Shown: positions 1-16,900 of the stretch, piece after piece
Layout: every line of letters begins with the position of its first letter
Numbering within the stretch: position 1 is the stretch's first letter
From: Tubulanus polymorphus
Lineage: Eukaryota > Animalia > Nemertea
NCBI RefSeq assembly: GCF_964204645.1
Contig: NC_134028.1
Coordinates: 8,804,001-8,868,000, forward strand
Direction of reading: 5' to 3'
DNA: 64,000 nt
Program-made: the position numbers and the translations under genes
The notes under the pieces: model-generated
The model's input: the letters and a program-made list of their open reading frames with translations, nothing else
The model's database searches: none
Told to the model about the DNA's origin: nothing

Positions 1-48
1 TGCGGTCTACATACATACATCAAATTAGATTCATTCTCGGTTATTTAC

Positions 49-3470
<3,422 letters not shown>

Positions 3471-3767
3471 GACTGCCGTCAACGCCCTGTGGCAACGGGG
3501 TTACTAAGTCAACGGTTGCTAGAAAACACTTATGAGACACGTTTACAAAACCAGTAGACTTCTTGCGTTTTTTCGAAATTATTTCATTTTGAATCAAAGT
3601 GAACAATTCATTTGAATTATTTTCAAGGAAAAATAATTAGAAAACTCACAATGAGCCTGGCGCGCTGACCACTCGGTCACAACTACGAGCTATCATCTGA
3701 AGAGATCTCGTTGAGATGATTGCTCGTAGGTCACAGCCTGAATGCCGGGTGTCCTATAAGTCTATCG

Positions 3768-3918
3768 AGTCTATTGATAAATCCGAAAAATTATGAAACA
3801 ATGAAAGGTGAACGCAAGTCATCGGGATTACGAGTTATTGTTCACAGTAAAAACAAAGTTCCGACCTCGAGTAAAAAATTCAGGACTTTTTGCACCTGCA
3901 AAAATGACTGCCATTGCT
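3768..3918 (+). pseudogene. Isolated relic of DEG/ENaC exon 4
   Basis: Translates SLLINPKNYETMKGERKSSGLRVIVHSKNKVP, then after a frameshift RVKNSGLFAPAKMTAIA, versus SLLINQETYQTMRGEHKASGLRVLVHDKNEVPRVKNLGLFVPAKMTAIV at 27878-27697. The frameshift is a 4-nt insertion. Confidence 0.9.
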
Positions 3919-4377
3919 CCTAATGTAGCTTTCAGGCTACTAAATATGTATCGTCAATGGCTGCCAGGTACGACTACGCTAACCATCAGCTACCAGTGCC
4001 TATACCTGGCAGCTTCCACCATTAAGTTTCTTGTAAATGTAAACTTTTAGGGTTGTTAATAGACATTCCTTCAGTTTATGATTTATTTTCGACGTTTCGA
4101 CTTTATCCTTCAAAAATGTGACTTGTACAGACATCTTTCTATTGGAATTGTAAAAAAAAACATTAACATTTTATTTTCAAAATGTCACTGTGACCAACCG
4201 ACAGTAAATACGGGTTTAAGTTGTATGAAGTGACAATGCCAATATCATCCAAATCATCCGCAACTTCATAATACACAATGGATTTATGAGAAACAATGAA
4301 AATATGAACAAAAATAGCAGTAAAAGGGGTGAAATAACTGTCATAATTCCGTTCTGGTTGATAGGATTGTCCCAGCT

Positions 4378-5256
4378 CTACTTGTAGTTCACCACAAAAT
4401 TGCAAACATGGAACTGAGTGAAAACGTCATATAGAAAATCTGCCTGTTCCGTTGGGATTGGTAAAAACGTAGTTATAGCGGATGGAAGATTAAATATTGC
4501 AAATGCGAGTGAAACTGTTACAAGCATTATTGTTGTACGTTTTGATTTTGTAGTTTTCTGATCAGACGAAACAATTTTTGAACCTCTGAATAACTGAACT
4601 ATTATAACAGAATTTGATGTTACAATAAAAATCAAGGGTATGATGTGGAGGTGGATGTCAATTATGGTAAAATATGTTATTTGGTCGGATAACGCATAGT
4701 AACATCCGAAAGACAGGTCTGTCAAATGAATCGATAAAGCAGGTAGAAGAAGCATAACCAGTAGATTTACTGCAATAATCATCAATATAACGAAACTTGC
4801 GAATGTAGGTGTACATATCAAACGAGATGTGAACGGGAAGAGCACAACTGCCGCACGTTCAAGAGTTATCGCTACTATTAACCACGAACTATTGCTGACC
4901 GCAAGCCCCATTATAAATTCGTGGATTTGACAACTGATCAGTGAATTCATGATAAATATAGGAGCATTTTTAACGTGGAAGAAAACAAACTGTAAAACAG
5001 GCATCAGCGTAAAACTGATGCAGATCGTGAAATCGCTGATGGCCAAAGCGATCAGATAGTTTGCGTAAGATAAACTGCGGAATCGGCGACTTATCATTAT
5101 CAGGAAAGTAGCTGAATTCCCGAAAACTCCAAGCATGAACAAGGTTGGTAAAACGACGAATGACACAGTACGGTAGGTTCCAGATCTGTTTACCACGGAC
5201 ATAGGAATGATGTTACTGCTATAAGTTCGACCGATCTGCATCCGAGTGGAATTCAT
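4378..5256 (-). CDS. Single-exon class A (rhodopsin-like) GPCR, peptide-receptor-like; ends within TM7
   Basis: GVFGN (TM1), LAISD (TM2), Cys at the top of TM3, TLERAAVVLFP, FAIFNLP (TM6), then CNFVVNYK-stop with no helix 8 or tail. Confidence 0.8.
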   Translation of the reverse strand: MNSTRMQIGRTYSSNIIPMSVVNRSGTYRTVSFVVLPTLFMLGVFGNSATFLIMISRRFRSLSYANYLIALAISDFTICISFTLMPVLQFVFFHVKNAPIFIMNSLISCQIHEFIMGLAVSNSSWLIVAITLERAAVVLFPFTSRLICTPTFASFVILMIIAVNLLVMLLLPALSIHLTDLSFGCYYALSDQITYFTIIDIHLHIIPLIFIVTSNSVIIVQLFRGSKIVSSDQKTTKSKRTTIMLVTVSLAFAIFNLPSAITTFLPIPTEQADFLYDVFTQFHVCNFVVNYK

Positions 5257-6859
5257 GATTCGCGATAACTGCAAATAAATCGAAGGTATGTTCCCGGCTT
5301 GCTCAGCACAGACACAAACGCTATGAATTTAGCCAATCTACATATAAGTTAACCTCTGGACTAAGAAAGCGCTGACAGAATATACTGTTGAATGAGTGTA
5401 CTGTCTGTATCAATAGTCTGACGCAAGTTGAAGCCATCTCCTGTCTAGTGAGGCCTAAAATACCCTTTGTTTGCATCAAATGAAAAATCATTTCTCCAGA
5501 AATCTCGAAATAGACTCAGACTGTGAAAATTGGACCATTGTCTAAAATATAAATGTAACTTAATCAAATATCAATATCGGTTGTAAGAGAAGTAGTCAAT
5601 ATATTTATCGTGAAAATATTTCACCGTAAAACATCCGAACAGGTCGGGTACAATTCAAATCGTGTTAGTAAGGTCAGAATGATCTCGCAATTAATTTCTT
5701 TCTGTAAGCAGGACGATCACACCTGACCCTCGGTTCATAGTGGGTTGGGCAAATATTTCGGATACTGAAGGTCCTGACTTTAAGTCCAATACCCACACAA
5801 CCTCAAGTAATTTTCTATTTTTGTGCAAAGATTAATAACCATATTTGATGGAGAATTTCAATTGTCCGAAGTTTTTTAGATTTTTTTGGAGTTGAACAAA
5901 CCAAAAATGAAATAGAAAAGTAGTACCGTACACGTAACAAGTATCAATGAAAATAAGTCGTAATAACTGAAATCGCTAGTACAACAGCTTGATTATCATT
6001 TGTTTTCTAGTGCTGATTTCCGAGCGCCTTTTAGAAGCTCAGTGCAATGAGATAACTCGAATGATATTTGCAAGACCTATACCAAAAATACGCCTAATAA
6101 ATGTATCAGGCCACTGCTGCTATAACAAATCTTTATCCCTAGAGCAGTTAAAACTACATTGAATAATAGAAATTGAATCATTTTGCTTGCAATGTATTTA
6201 CAAAATGTGCTGCTTTAGAATATGAATGTTTTGATAGAATTTTATAAAATAATTCTTGTTTTGAATTACGTGTACCTATTGCTATTCTAGTATATTCCTT
6301 CAATAAACACACATTACAGGTCGTATTTAAACAAGAATTCTCGAGCTTGTTCTCATTAACGTATTTTTGAACCAGTTGATTGTATTGGGTTTGCGTTGAT
6401 CATGAAAATGGAAAGAGAACACCAAATGAAGAGGAAGATATGCAGATTTATTCAGAGCTGCAAGTTCACTTTAAGCGGTGGCATGGACGATCCTGATTCT
6501 TCTCCCAGTTTTCAATATCTACTTCCATTCTCATTGGACACGATCCCTCCCACTTTTGGACTATTATGCCGGGATACGAGGACGTTCTCTCAAGCGAAGC
6601 GAAGGCTCCCTCTTCCTCGCAAACTTCACATAAAACTCTTTACCACCTCAGTATTGAAAATTGTCTGGTTATATACTATGACTCTACTGTACGAATACCA
6701 ATACGAACATTTATTACACTCAAACCGTTTCCATGGTATACGGAGGAAAAACAGTATATAAAATTGATAACATAAACGGTACGAAAAGCTTTCAAAACTT
6801 GATAAACTGGGCACACACATAATACACTATTTACAATACATATTTACATGTACAATACA

Positions 6860-7050
6860 TTTACTACATGAGAGATTTAGATACATCTAGTCCTATTTTG
6901 ATAAATTGTGCCAAATTCAAAATTGGATTTAATACATCTACATAAGTTCCGAAAGGTATTTACATCAAAGTAGTTTTCACGGAATTCGGTGAGTAAATTA
7001 CAATCGAAAATGAAATATCGTTCGTCTCCTAAAGCGTTGCAGGCGGGACA
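6860..7050 (-). mobile_element. Non-LTR retrotransposon 3' fragment (copy at about 31020-31200 in right arm)
   Basis: CPACNALGDERYFIFDC...FRENYF resembles the C-terminal Cys motif of LINE ORF2. Confidence 0.55.
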
Positions 7051-7377
7051 TAATCTAAAAAACAATATCACGACAGTCAATACTAACGTATTTACGCACT
7101 TGAGTCCCACTGCTGCTATAACAATTCAAGCCCAACATCTAACTGATTTCATGTCTACTTTCCGGTCGAATACCTTGTTGTCTATATTCACAAACTTTGT
7201 TTCAATTTCTATTAAAGGGGAAGCACTTCACACAAAAATTAATCAAACTAATAAAAAACACGGTCTCATTGACAATGCACACAGAACGGAGGGCTGAAAC
7301 AGAACAGAATGAATTTCAACATCAACGCAAATAGTACATGTAAGTGTAAATTGGTGACAATATGTGACAATAAATTG

Positions 7378-7519
7378 ATTTCGTCGAGCAAGGGGCTGCA
7401 GAACTATATGATATTCAATCTAAACTTATGTTTTAAAAATGAGCGCAAATCATCGCAACAATGGGGACCTCGAGGGACCGCCACAAAATGGCGCCTAGAA
7501 ACTGGAAACTTCTTTATTG
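7378..7519 (+). mobile_element. Terminal fragment of the foldback family seen at 44237-46000
   Basis: Near-identical to 45860-46000. Absent at the homologous right-arm position (about 30710). Confidence 0.85.
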
Positions 7520-7964
7520 GTTACTGAATTGACGCTTATGTGTTCAGATGCGAACTATAACAAGTATTCATTGACATTTGGACAACATCTGCATATATAC
7601 ATCCCCTTATGAGTATTGTGAATTAGTTAATGCGTTTGTCCGTAATCGCTTGATACACAGACTCACGGGGTACGAACGTCACGCATGGGCGCCTGCAATT
7701 TGGAATGATTAAAATTGCATCGCTTTCCGATTATGTGACCACGCCGTTGCCTCTTTCTAACTATCGCAGTCAGTCGTCGCATATCAGGAATAGTTACGTA
7801 GACATTCCACTGCTTTATATTGATTATGGCGTATACAATTTGCATCCTATGTGTTGCAGATTTCTGATAAGTTTCCGGGGCACATCTTTAACTGACAGCG
7901 AGTTTGAATCGTTGAAAGCGCTACTACTAAAACTATTCCAAATTATTTTCAATAAACCGAATCG

Positions 7965-8086
7965 ATGAGCGAAAAACAAGATGCGAAAGAGAAAGAGAAT
8001 TCGAAAACGGCGGCTCTTGACTTCGCTAATGAAACGAACTTCCACGGAGTGAAATATATCGCTCACTCGCCAACCTACTTCACTAG
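7965..8086 (+). pseudogene. Orphan duplicate of DEG/ENaC exon 1
   Basis: MSEKQDAKEKENSKTAALDFANETNFHGVKYIAHSPTYFT followed by a GTAAGT donor. Homology to the channel intron stops at 8400 and no + strand downstream exons were seen. Confidence 0.9.
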
Positions 8087-9537
8087 GTAAGTAGCTCATT
8101 CACCAACCTAATTTCAGAACTAGGTAAGTTTTCTCAAATGAGGTAACTATTACGTCTAATTACCAGTTCGATGTTGATTAACAATCACTGTTGAGTTAAC
8201 TCATCATTTACTATATCGATGTAATTTTGTTCTAGATCAATGTATTTTCCTGTGATTCGTATTTTCAAATCAGTTGAAATAAATAAACATGCGCGATGCA
8301 AAAATACAACGTGAATACAAAACAACGGCAACAATGAAAATTGGGCACCGGTAATTTTCGTGTTCAAGGAGGTCTACTGAACAGTCCCACATATGGTGCC
8401 CTTTCAATTCATACCACTCAACGCGTAATCGAAGCCGCGCGAACGGAGAGATTACGCGCTACAAAGTTAATACGCTTAGCCGCTTATAGTATAGACTATA
8501 GTTGCATAGTAACAGTGCATATTGAAGTCACACGCATGGTGTTAATTCAGACGTCTCGATTAGCCTGGTGGCCGAGGTCAAGGTTGCCAGAAACGTGGGA
8601 CATTCTGATGACGTCATCGCATTTAAAACTTCAACATGAAAAGTTAACATATTCACAGACCGATATCAATTGTCAGATTATGATTCATATGAAATAAATA
8701 ACTTATAACGAATAAATTATGATGAAATATATAATTCATAGTCAAAAAATGCATTTGAATGTAAGTTATTCTCAAATATGTTTCGTTTCATAGTTTCCAT
8801 CATACATGCTTCGGGTTTGCATTCAGTCAAATAAGAAGCGCGACCGTCACGTGGCTGTCCCAACTTTCTGGCTGGCACGACTTGAACTGCGTTTCATCCC
8901 TTGTTATTTTATATAGTAAAGCGTGACGACCGTCTGATAATGATTCTTAACGACCAATTGTTTATCGAAACTTAATAGCGGATAAATAAACAACATAAAC
9001 ACAAGGTATTTCCGTGATATTTTGAATTTATTCGCAGTTCATATTTAGCGCAATTCTCGCGAGATTATTATCAACAACCGGGAAATAAAATCCAAGCCCA
9101 TCGCCAAACCCCTGTGGTAGCAAACTATAACTTCAGATTTCTTCACCAACGTTCCAGCGTACCTCAAAACTATTTAATATTCACAGCTATCCACTCGGAA
9201 ATTATCACGAGATTCCAATTCAATTACAAAAGGAAAACGCCGATCATCTGAAGCGTGACGAAGGAGGACACGGGAATGATTGACAGGGTCACATTCATAA
9301 ACAACTCGCACGTGGCCTCAGGTTTGACGCAACTCGATACTAAATGATACTATACGCGCCACAAATCAACACTCCCCAAATCCGACCCGACGCATAGGGG
9401 AATGGGTAAGAATGCCACAAATCGCACGTCCACTAACTCAATTTTCCTCGTGACTCCGAAAAGTCAGAATATGCCCACGAGGCTCACGGTACAACTAAAT
9501 ACCGACACAAACTGACGTAATACTGACGTTTGAAATT

Positions 9538-10232
9538 TTGTTACACCTACACCAAGCACAAGAGTCTCAAAGATCTCCTAACGTCGTCGCAGCTCAAACC
9601 CCGGAGCCACCCCCTTCCCGAGCTCCCTCTTCATCGCATCTTTTAAATACTTCCGTTGTTTTAAATTCTTCTATTTCCAGGTCTACTCAAAGAACTCCGT
9701 CAACCCGACGTCGAGGCACCAAGAAATGCAAAACACCAAGATGTCGCACGTGTCCCCTCATCCGAGAATTAACAGTTTGCCGCAGCCACAACAAAATGCA
9801 CGCGATCCGCAGCACAATTAATTGCGCGACCCGTGAAATCGTATACTGCATCGAATGCACCAAGTGTAACATGCTGTACGTCGGCCAAACCGGAATGTCT
9901 CTACGAGAACGCGTCACACATCATGTCTCACGCATCAGAACGAAGAATTCGACTCCAGTCTCGGACCACTTCAACCAGAGCGACCTCGCCCGCCAACACT
10001 TTCGGGTATACGGTCTCCAACACCTACCAGGCTCGACGAGACCGATCCGCGAAGCAGCCGAACAAGATTGGATACGACGACTCGACACGAACACGCCCCG
10101 AGGCATCAACTCCCGTAGACCGCCTCACTACAACAATTAATTCGCACTTTTCTTTACAGGGATAACCCACTGCCCGTGGGGTCTCCAAACCTTCGGTTTG
10201 GTCCCCTAACCCATAACTCTAATCATAACCCC
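9538..10232 (+). mobile_element. Penelope-like element fragment: GIY-YIG endonuclease ORF (9538-10140), no RT visible
   Basis: CKTPRCRTC linker, IVYCIECTKC..LYVGQT..LRER..HH, PVSDHFN, REAAEQDWIRRLDT..PRGIN. Followed by degenerate CCCTAA-like repeats. Confidence 0.85.
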
Positions 10233-10527
10233 TTCACAATCTCGAGTATCCGGTGTCCGGTATCCGTGAAATTCGAACAGCCTTAAATGTTATCATATCT
10301 CACAGAGTGCAGCTGTTAGATTCCAGGGGCAGTAAGTTAAGCGATATTGTATTTTTCACTTTAATTTACATAATAGCGTTTTTCCTCTCCACGGCGCGAC
10401 GGGGAGACGAAATTTATACTCGATTCCTTTTAGCATGATCGCTATGCATATTGTATGACGAACGGACGTTTGAATTCGTATCCGCCAGGACCAAATCTCT
10501 GCTGCAACATTGGCTCACACGCGGATG

Positions 10528-10808
<281 letters not shown>

Positions 10809-10971
10809 TATAATGGATGCAATGTCTCAAAATTGACCTTAAGATGAACATTTGCTTTTTTATTCGATCTATCCATACACTAAGTAACAGCTGTGGTGGT
10901 ATTTTATCCCTGCTGCCTGAATGAATCAACGTGGTCTGCTTTCATTACAATGTTCAATTCATTTTGAGATA

Positions 10972-13900
10972 ATGTTGCGCAAAGTGTGGTTGTTTGCAGT
11001 TCCAGTAGTAGGGATAATAGTCATTATTCATATGTTTCGAAATATAAGCGATTCAAGTCTAAAAATAAAGGTAATTATAAATTGTTTAATCTCGAAAATT
11101 AAAAAAAACTTGAGTTTATTCCGATTGAATAATCACAATTGAATGTACATGTACAATTAGAGTACTCTGGTTTTGCTAACAAATTTCTTTACTAAACGAA
11201 AACGACTCAACTAACTTGAAATGTTTATGCACAAATGACAGACGCGGCATTCATCTATACAGAGCCTCATTCCCGAAGGCTTTAAAGCGCTTTACCAAAT
11301 TTCAAAGAGAACTACAATTAGGATACTGTGTGTGGTCAGATCCAATGTGTTTGGATAGATTTTTGAAGCCCACTGTGTGCGGGCGTCCAATGTGTTTGGA
11401 CCAAATTTTTAGCGATCCAATGTGTTTGGATAAATTTTTGAAGCTCACTGTGTGCGGGCCTCCGATGTGTTTGGACCAAATGTTTAGCGAACCAATGTGT
11501 TTGGATAGATTTTGAAAGCCCACTGTGTGCGGGCGTCCAATGAGCTGGGACAAACTTGCTGTAGCCACTGGGTGTGGATAAGAGGCTGTGTGCGTCACAG
11601 GACTGTGCGTCTTGTTGCTTGCTGGGTGCGGGATGGAGGGCTGTATATCCTGCCCCGGAGTGAGTGAGAAAAGAATGGAAGAATTGTTACGTTTAAGAAT
11701 AAAGAGTGATAATGAATAAATGAATTTTTAGGGCAGGGAAAACTTGAGAGGTCAGGGTTGTTGGTTCTCCATATTCTGAGTGTGTTTCGGTATACTACGT
11801 TGGTCCCACTAATGTGAGATTTATTATCGGTCAGGGAGTTCGTCTATTATTTCGGTTTTCTGATCCGTTTTGTTGATTTTATTTAGCGCATTTTCGTTTC
11901 CGTGGAGAGTTTAGTCGCGCCCAACGCTTGATTTAGTTTGTTCCGTTCGTGAGGGACAAATACCTTACATTTTGCTGTTTTACGCGAGCACTCAGAACTT
12001 AGCATTTTCATATTTCTTGTTCATGGCTGGTCAGCTTCGTGTTACGTTTGCCCATGTATTCCACGGGTTTTGGTTGTTGGTCAATTTGTCTTTTACCTTT
12101 TCCCGAGGCGGAAATAAAATTGCAAAAGATTTGGCGCCTGAAACCTGTCGATTGTTTACGCTGGTAATAAAGTTAGATCGTCGATCTAAATTTATCCGCG
12201 GGCATCTTAGTGTCCGTTGTCATGGCTTCGGTCATGTTGGATGGGGGTTGGTTTAGTATACTCCTTTTAGTTGCCTTTGGCAAACGGTACGATCTGATTT
12301 GAGGGTGTGGATTCTATTTTCGACGATTGTGGTTACCGTTGGGTAACTATTGAGGGTTTGCTTTCCCTTCCCTCTGGTCATGTTACCGCGGTTGATGATG
12401 CTTACAAACCATTGCTCGTGTACATATTTTATCTTTGAGCGATTAGGGAGGTTCAGTCCCGTAAGGCTTTTACATATGATCTCAATATTGCTTCTTTGCG
12501 ATTGCTGTTTTGATCTAATGTTTAACTCCCCTTTATGGTTTGGGATTGGGTTTTCGGATGTTAGTTTTTGGGTTTTATGGCTTGTCTTTACGGAGTGTTT
12601 GGTGCCACGCTTGGGAGTGAGAGTTGAGCACAACAGGGAGTGAGAATATTATACTATTAAGATATCATACGAAATAGAATTAGTCATTACAAAAACCAGT
12701 AATAGAGCACACAGGTAAAAAGCTTGCCGAAAAGATGATTCTTCAATGCACATTTGAAATTACCTCGACGATGATAGGGCATACGCATTCCATATACGAG
12801 GTACCGCTCGCTAAAACACTTTGTTTTTTGTGTGCGTGGAATTTAAGGTTATGACCCGAATCCGTCAACATTAGAATCTTTATGTTAAGGCCCTAAAGGC
12901 CTAGGAATAGGTTGTATTCGATACGTGAATAAACAGGTAACCAATGACGGCTTGACAGGAGTTTAGTTCTCTTACTCTACCAATGAGGTTTTACCACCGC
13001 CTATTTTTCTGTTTGTTTGATTGTTAATCCAATCAAAATTGTATCGTAAGCTAAACAACTTCTGTGAGATTTTCTAGGAACGGTGATAGGAAAATTGGTG
13101 ATGTGAATAGGAAATTCAATTTTGGTTTGTGTTCCGGTTTGGCTGTCACTCGATATCCTCTTGAGTCTGTAGACAGTCATTTAAAATAACTTGTTTGTGT
13201 TATTCTAAGTGACGAGACGAGTAGTACGGAATAGGTTAACTATTTATTTGACGCACGAGCTTTCGCTTCTAATGAATAGAAGCTTCATCAGATGAATGAG
13301 TATAGTCAATGGAAAAACAGTATTTATAGGTAGACTGACACTAATTACAGAGAACTGAGTGAGAAGAGTAATTACAAATAAATGATGAGTGACATGATAA
13401 TTGTTGGTGTTCGTCCTTCGAAGTCGAAGATGACCAAACTTCAGTTTCAGCTTCTGTGTGTTCTCTGATGGCTGATGAGACCGATTTTGGCTCTGAAGCC
13501 CCGACCGCAGTCTGGACATCAGTGCTGCACGGAAGCTGGATCGGGAGCAGCCTTTCTGAGGGTACGTTTCCGCATTGCCTCGTCAACCCGCCTGATTTCA
13601 GAGGTCATGGCTCCCTGATGGATCAAGCTTTTGAAGCTGGCTCTGTCAGAGGCAGGATTTTCCCAGGTTTTGGGATCAATGCCAAATGCACCAAGGGACA
13701 TTTTTAGAGTGTCCTTGTAGCGTTTCTTCTGGCCACGTGTTGATCTTTTGCCGGAGGCAAGTTCACCGAACAGAAGTTGCTTTGGGATGCGGCTGTCAGG
13801 CATGCGCACTATGTGTCCTGCCCACCGGACTTGTGCCTTCTGAAGCAGGGTGTCGATGCTTGGGAGACCTGCTTTGACAAGGACATCAGTATTGGGAATT

Positions 13901-16900
13901 TTGTCTTGCCATCTTATGTGAAGGATCCTGCGGAGACAGCTATGATTAATGACATGATAATTAATAACTAAGTGAGTGAGTAGATAATTAATTAATTAAG
14001 GAATAACAAACTGAAACAAATCAAAGAGAAATAAATCAAAATGAAACTAAATTAAAGTAAAATAAACAGATGGTATCTAAGAGCAACGAATAACAAGAAA
14101 TGGAAGTCCGAGATAAGTCCAGATACAACGAATAACAAACGAAATTACGTTCTGTAGTGGGACATGAATCCTAGATCGCGATTGAGGCCAAGATTAACAG
14201 TATCACCGCGTTGGGTAAGTTTTTGTTCCATGATTTTGCACAAATGTTTATTAGAAGTGTTCATTTTATGTAACGCGGTCACTTTAAGGTTACTGATGGT
14301 GTGGTTCGGAAGATTGAAATGTTCGCCGATAGGTTTATCCATTTCCTTGTGTCTGATATCAAATTTGTGACCGTTCAAGCGTTGACGTAATGTTTGTCCA
14401 GTTTCTCCGATGTAGATGTTATTCTGTATGTTATGTTATGTTCATTATGTTATTCTGTATGAATCACGTGTGTGTCTTGTATGTTGTATTTTCTTATTCT
14501 TCAATTTGTAACTTTATTGAATTAGGGAATTTTATCCCGGAATTTTATATGTAATAAGGATAAATAAAGAATTGAATTGAATTGTCACCTAATACACATG
14601 CCATCAGAGGACGCGGAGCCGTATATGACGGCTATGCTATTATAAATTGCTTATCTCATGAAACCTGCATGGTGAACGGAAAAAAATGGACAAGGAAAGA
14701 ATGGCCAAGGTATTTGCCTAGGAATAAATAGCCACGAAATAAAAAGGCCAAGGAAGAATAAATGAAAAACTGACTGTCATTTTATTAACTAACATGAAAT
14801 CAAATGCATTGATGTTTTCCGATGTTTTGGCAGGTCACTTTTTGAGATTATTAGACCAATTCCGGAATTAGTTTAGGTAAATTTACGATGATCATATCTG
14901 ACTTTGATGTTATCAGACACTGCACCAGTTTGCAATAAAATTACCTCACAATTTCGATGTATTTACGTTTGATGATTTAAGACAATCTGTTCCCTTTGAG
15001 CTTACTTAGATGTCTTGAATTATTAACTTAGTTATTTTATTAAGTTTAAGTTCATCACTAGTAAGTTTATTCATTGACCACTTGCATGAGTTCTTTCATG
15101 ACAGTTCTTGATATATTCATTATATGTAATGAAATGAACTTAAAATTAATCACTTTTCTGAATTCATTAATAGCGATTTTCAAGTTTTAAGCCCATGAAA
15201 AATGTATGATGTCACTGAATTGAAAGCTTAATGTTTTATTAACATTGGCAGTAGTTCTCATAAATTTTCCTTGGCTATCATGAATCAAGACCTTGAAACG
15301 GATCACAGACAAAGAAACTTTCTATCTGAAATCCTTGTTGGACCATTTAGGCTTAAGTTACGTCTGGTATACATTAGTATAGAAGTATCCAATGAGAACC
15401 TTTTTATTAAATCTATAGAAAGTAGACTTCGTGACAATTTCATACAATCCTGGCAGTCTTATTTAGAGAATTCTCCAAAATGTTACTACTATAAACATAC
15501 AAAGTTGTCATTTGGTCCAGAAAACTATTCAGAAAACTGTTCCCCATATGCTGTTGAATCGCTCTGCCGAATTTGAACTTCAACATATGATTTAAAAGAG
15601 GAATTAGAGATGGACGAACCTCCCCATACCAAAGAATAAAAGATTTTGCGAACACTGTAACTTGCGAGAAATCGAAGATGAATATCATCATATAATGATC
15701 TGTCCTTTTTTCAGCTCTAGATCGAAAAGGCTTAGTGTTTTTAGATTTATTGAACTCCTTTCATTAAGAACTTCTAAACCCCAGGGTTGTTTGAAATGTT
15801 TTTCAAATGAAGTTACTAAACTTAAATCAAAAATATAGATTCTTTCGATATTATGTCTGAAAAACCTACTTGTACTGTCTGTGACATTATATTTTCTGAT
15901 ATCGGTGTTTTACATGTATATTATATTCTTTTGTACGTGGATATATCCACCATGAAAGACATTGACTATGATGATGGATAAATAAATAAAATAAAATATA
16001 TAATCATACAATTCTATTCAAGAATTCGGAGCCCCGGAGGTGACATAGTGAAAAATGGATATTTCGAGCAGAGTTACGGCTTAAGACTAACCATCATCAG
16101 GCGTGCTGAATAGCGAATGATATAACAGCATATACACGTATATTCAAACGAGAATCAAACAATGGGACTGAGAGAGTGATCGAAAATTTGAAAGGAGAAT
16201 TAAGTTATTCAAAACAAAGACCGGAAAACATATAGTAGAATACCAATGTTATTCAAATCAACACAATTTTCCAAATTTTCAATAAGTAGGCCAAGTACCG
16301 CACGGAAATATATATTACCATACAGTCGACCTAGTAAAGGCATAAAACACAGGGTGACACCTGCGAAAAAGAAAAACACATTTTAATCGGCGTTATCTAC
16401 TATGAAATACAGATGCAGCCATCTCCGTAAAAACGTGTGTACCCTCTACCATATATGAAATAGCAATCAATAAAATTGAATAAGTTCATATTCCGATCGG
16501 GTGAAAACGTATGTACTTCTGTTACACGCTGATATCATCACTAAAATTAGTTTTTATCAAATAGGACTCGATTTATGCCCTATCAGATTAGTCTTCGTTG
16601 CGCTCGCCCGTATCTCAATTATGCTTGAACTTATCATTTCCAAAATTCGTATCTAGATCCATATTTTCTACAAGCCTACAATCAGTTATGTATGGTGGCT
16701 GATAAGGGCCATAGCGTAAAATTCCTGGTATGTAAATGAGGGCGACAGAACGCCAGAACGCCAAAACGAAAAAAAACGTCCAATTTTCTCTAAAAATTCC
16801 GCTTTGGGGCCCCCGTTAAAACGAACCTTACGTTTTGGCACCCCCGCCAAAACAACGAAAAACGTCGAAATTTCTCTAAAAGTTCGTTTTGGCGCGCCAA

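Noticed and set aside
6396-6775. 121-aa ORF conserved at 31311-31688
   Set aside because: Similarity is explained by the duplication. The copies differ by a frameshift and the start is not ATG.
10203-10232. Interstitial telomere (also 21773-21796)
   Set aside because: Only a few degenerate CCCTAA-like units attached to repeat elements.
11700-12650. Short ORFs within the copy-1-specific intron insertion
   Set aside because: No recognisable domain. It is probably a decayed TE, but I cannot assign it.
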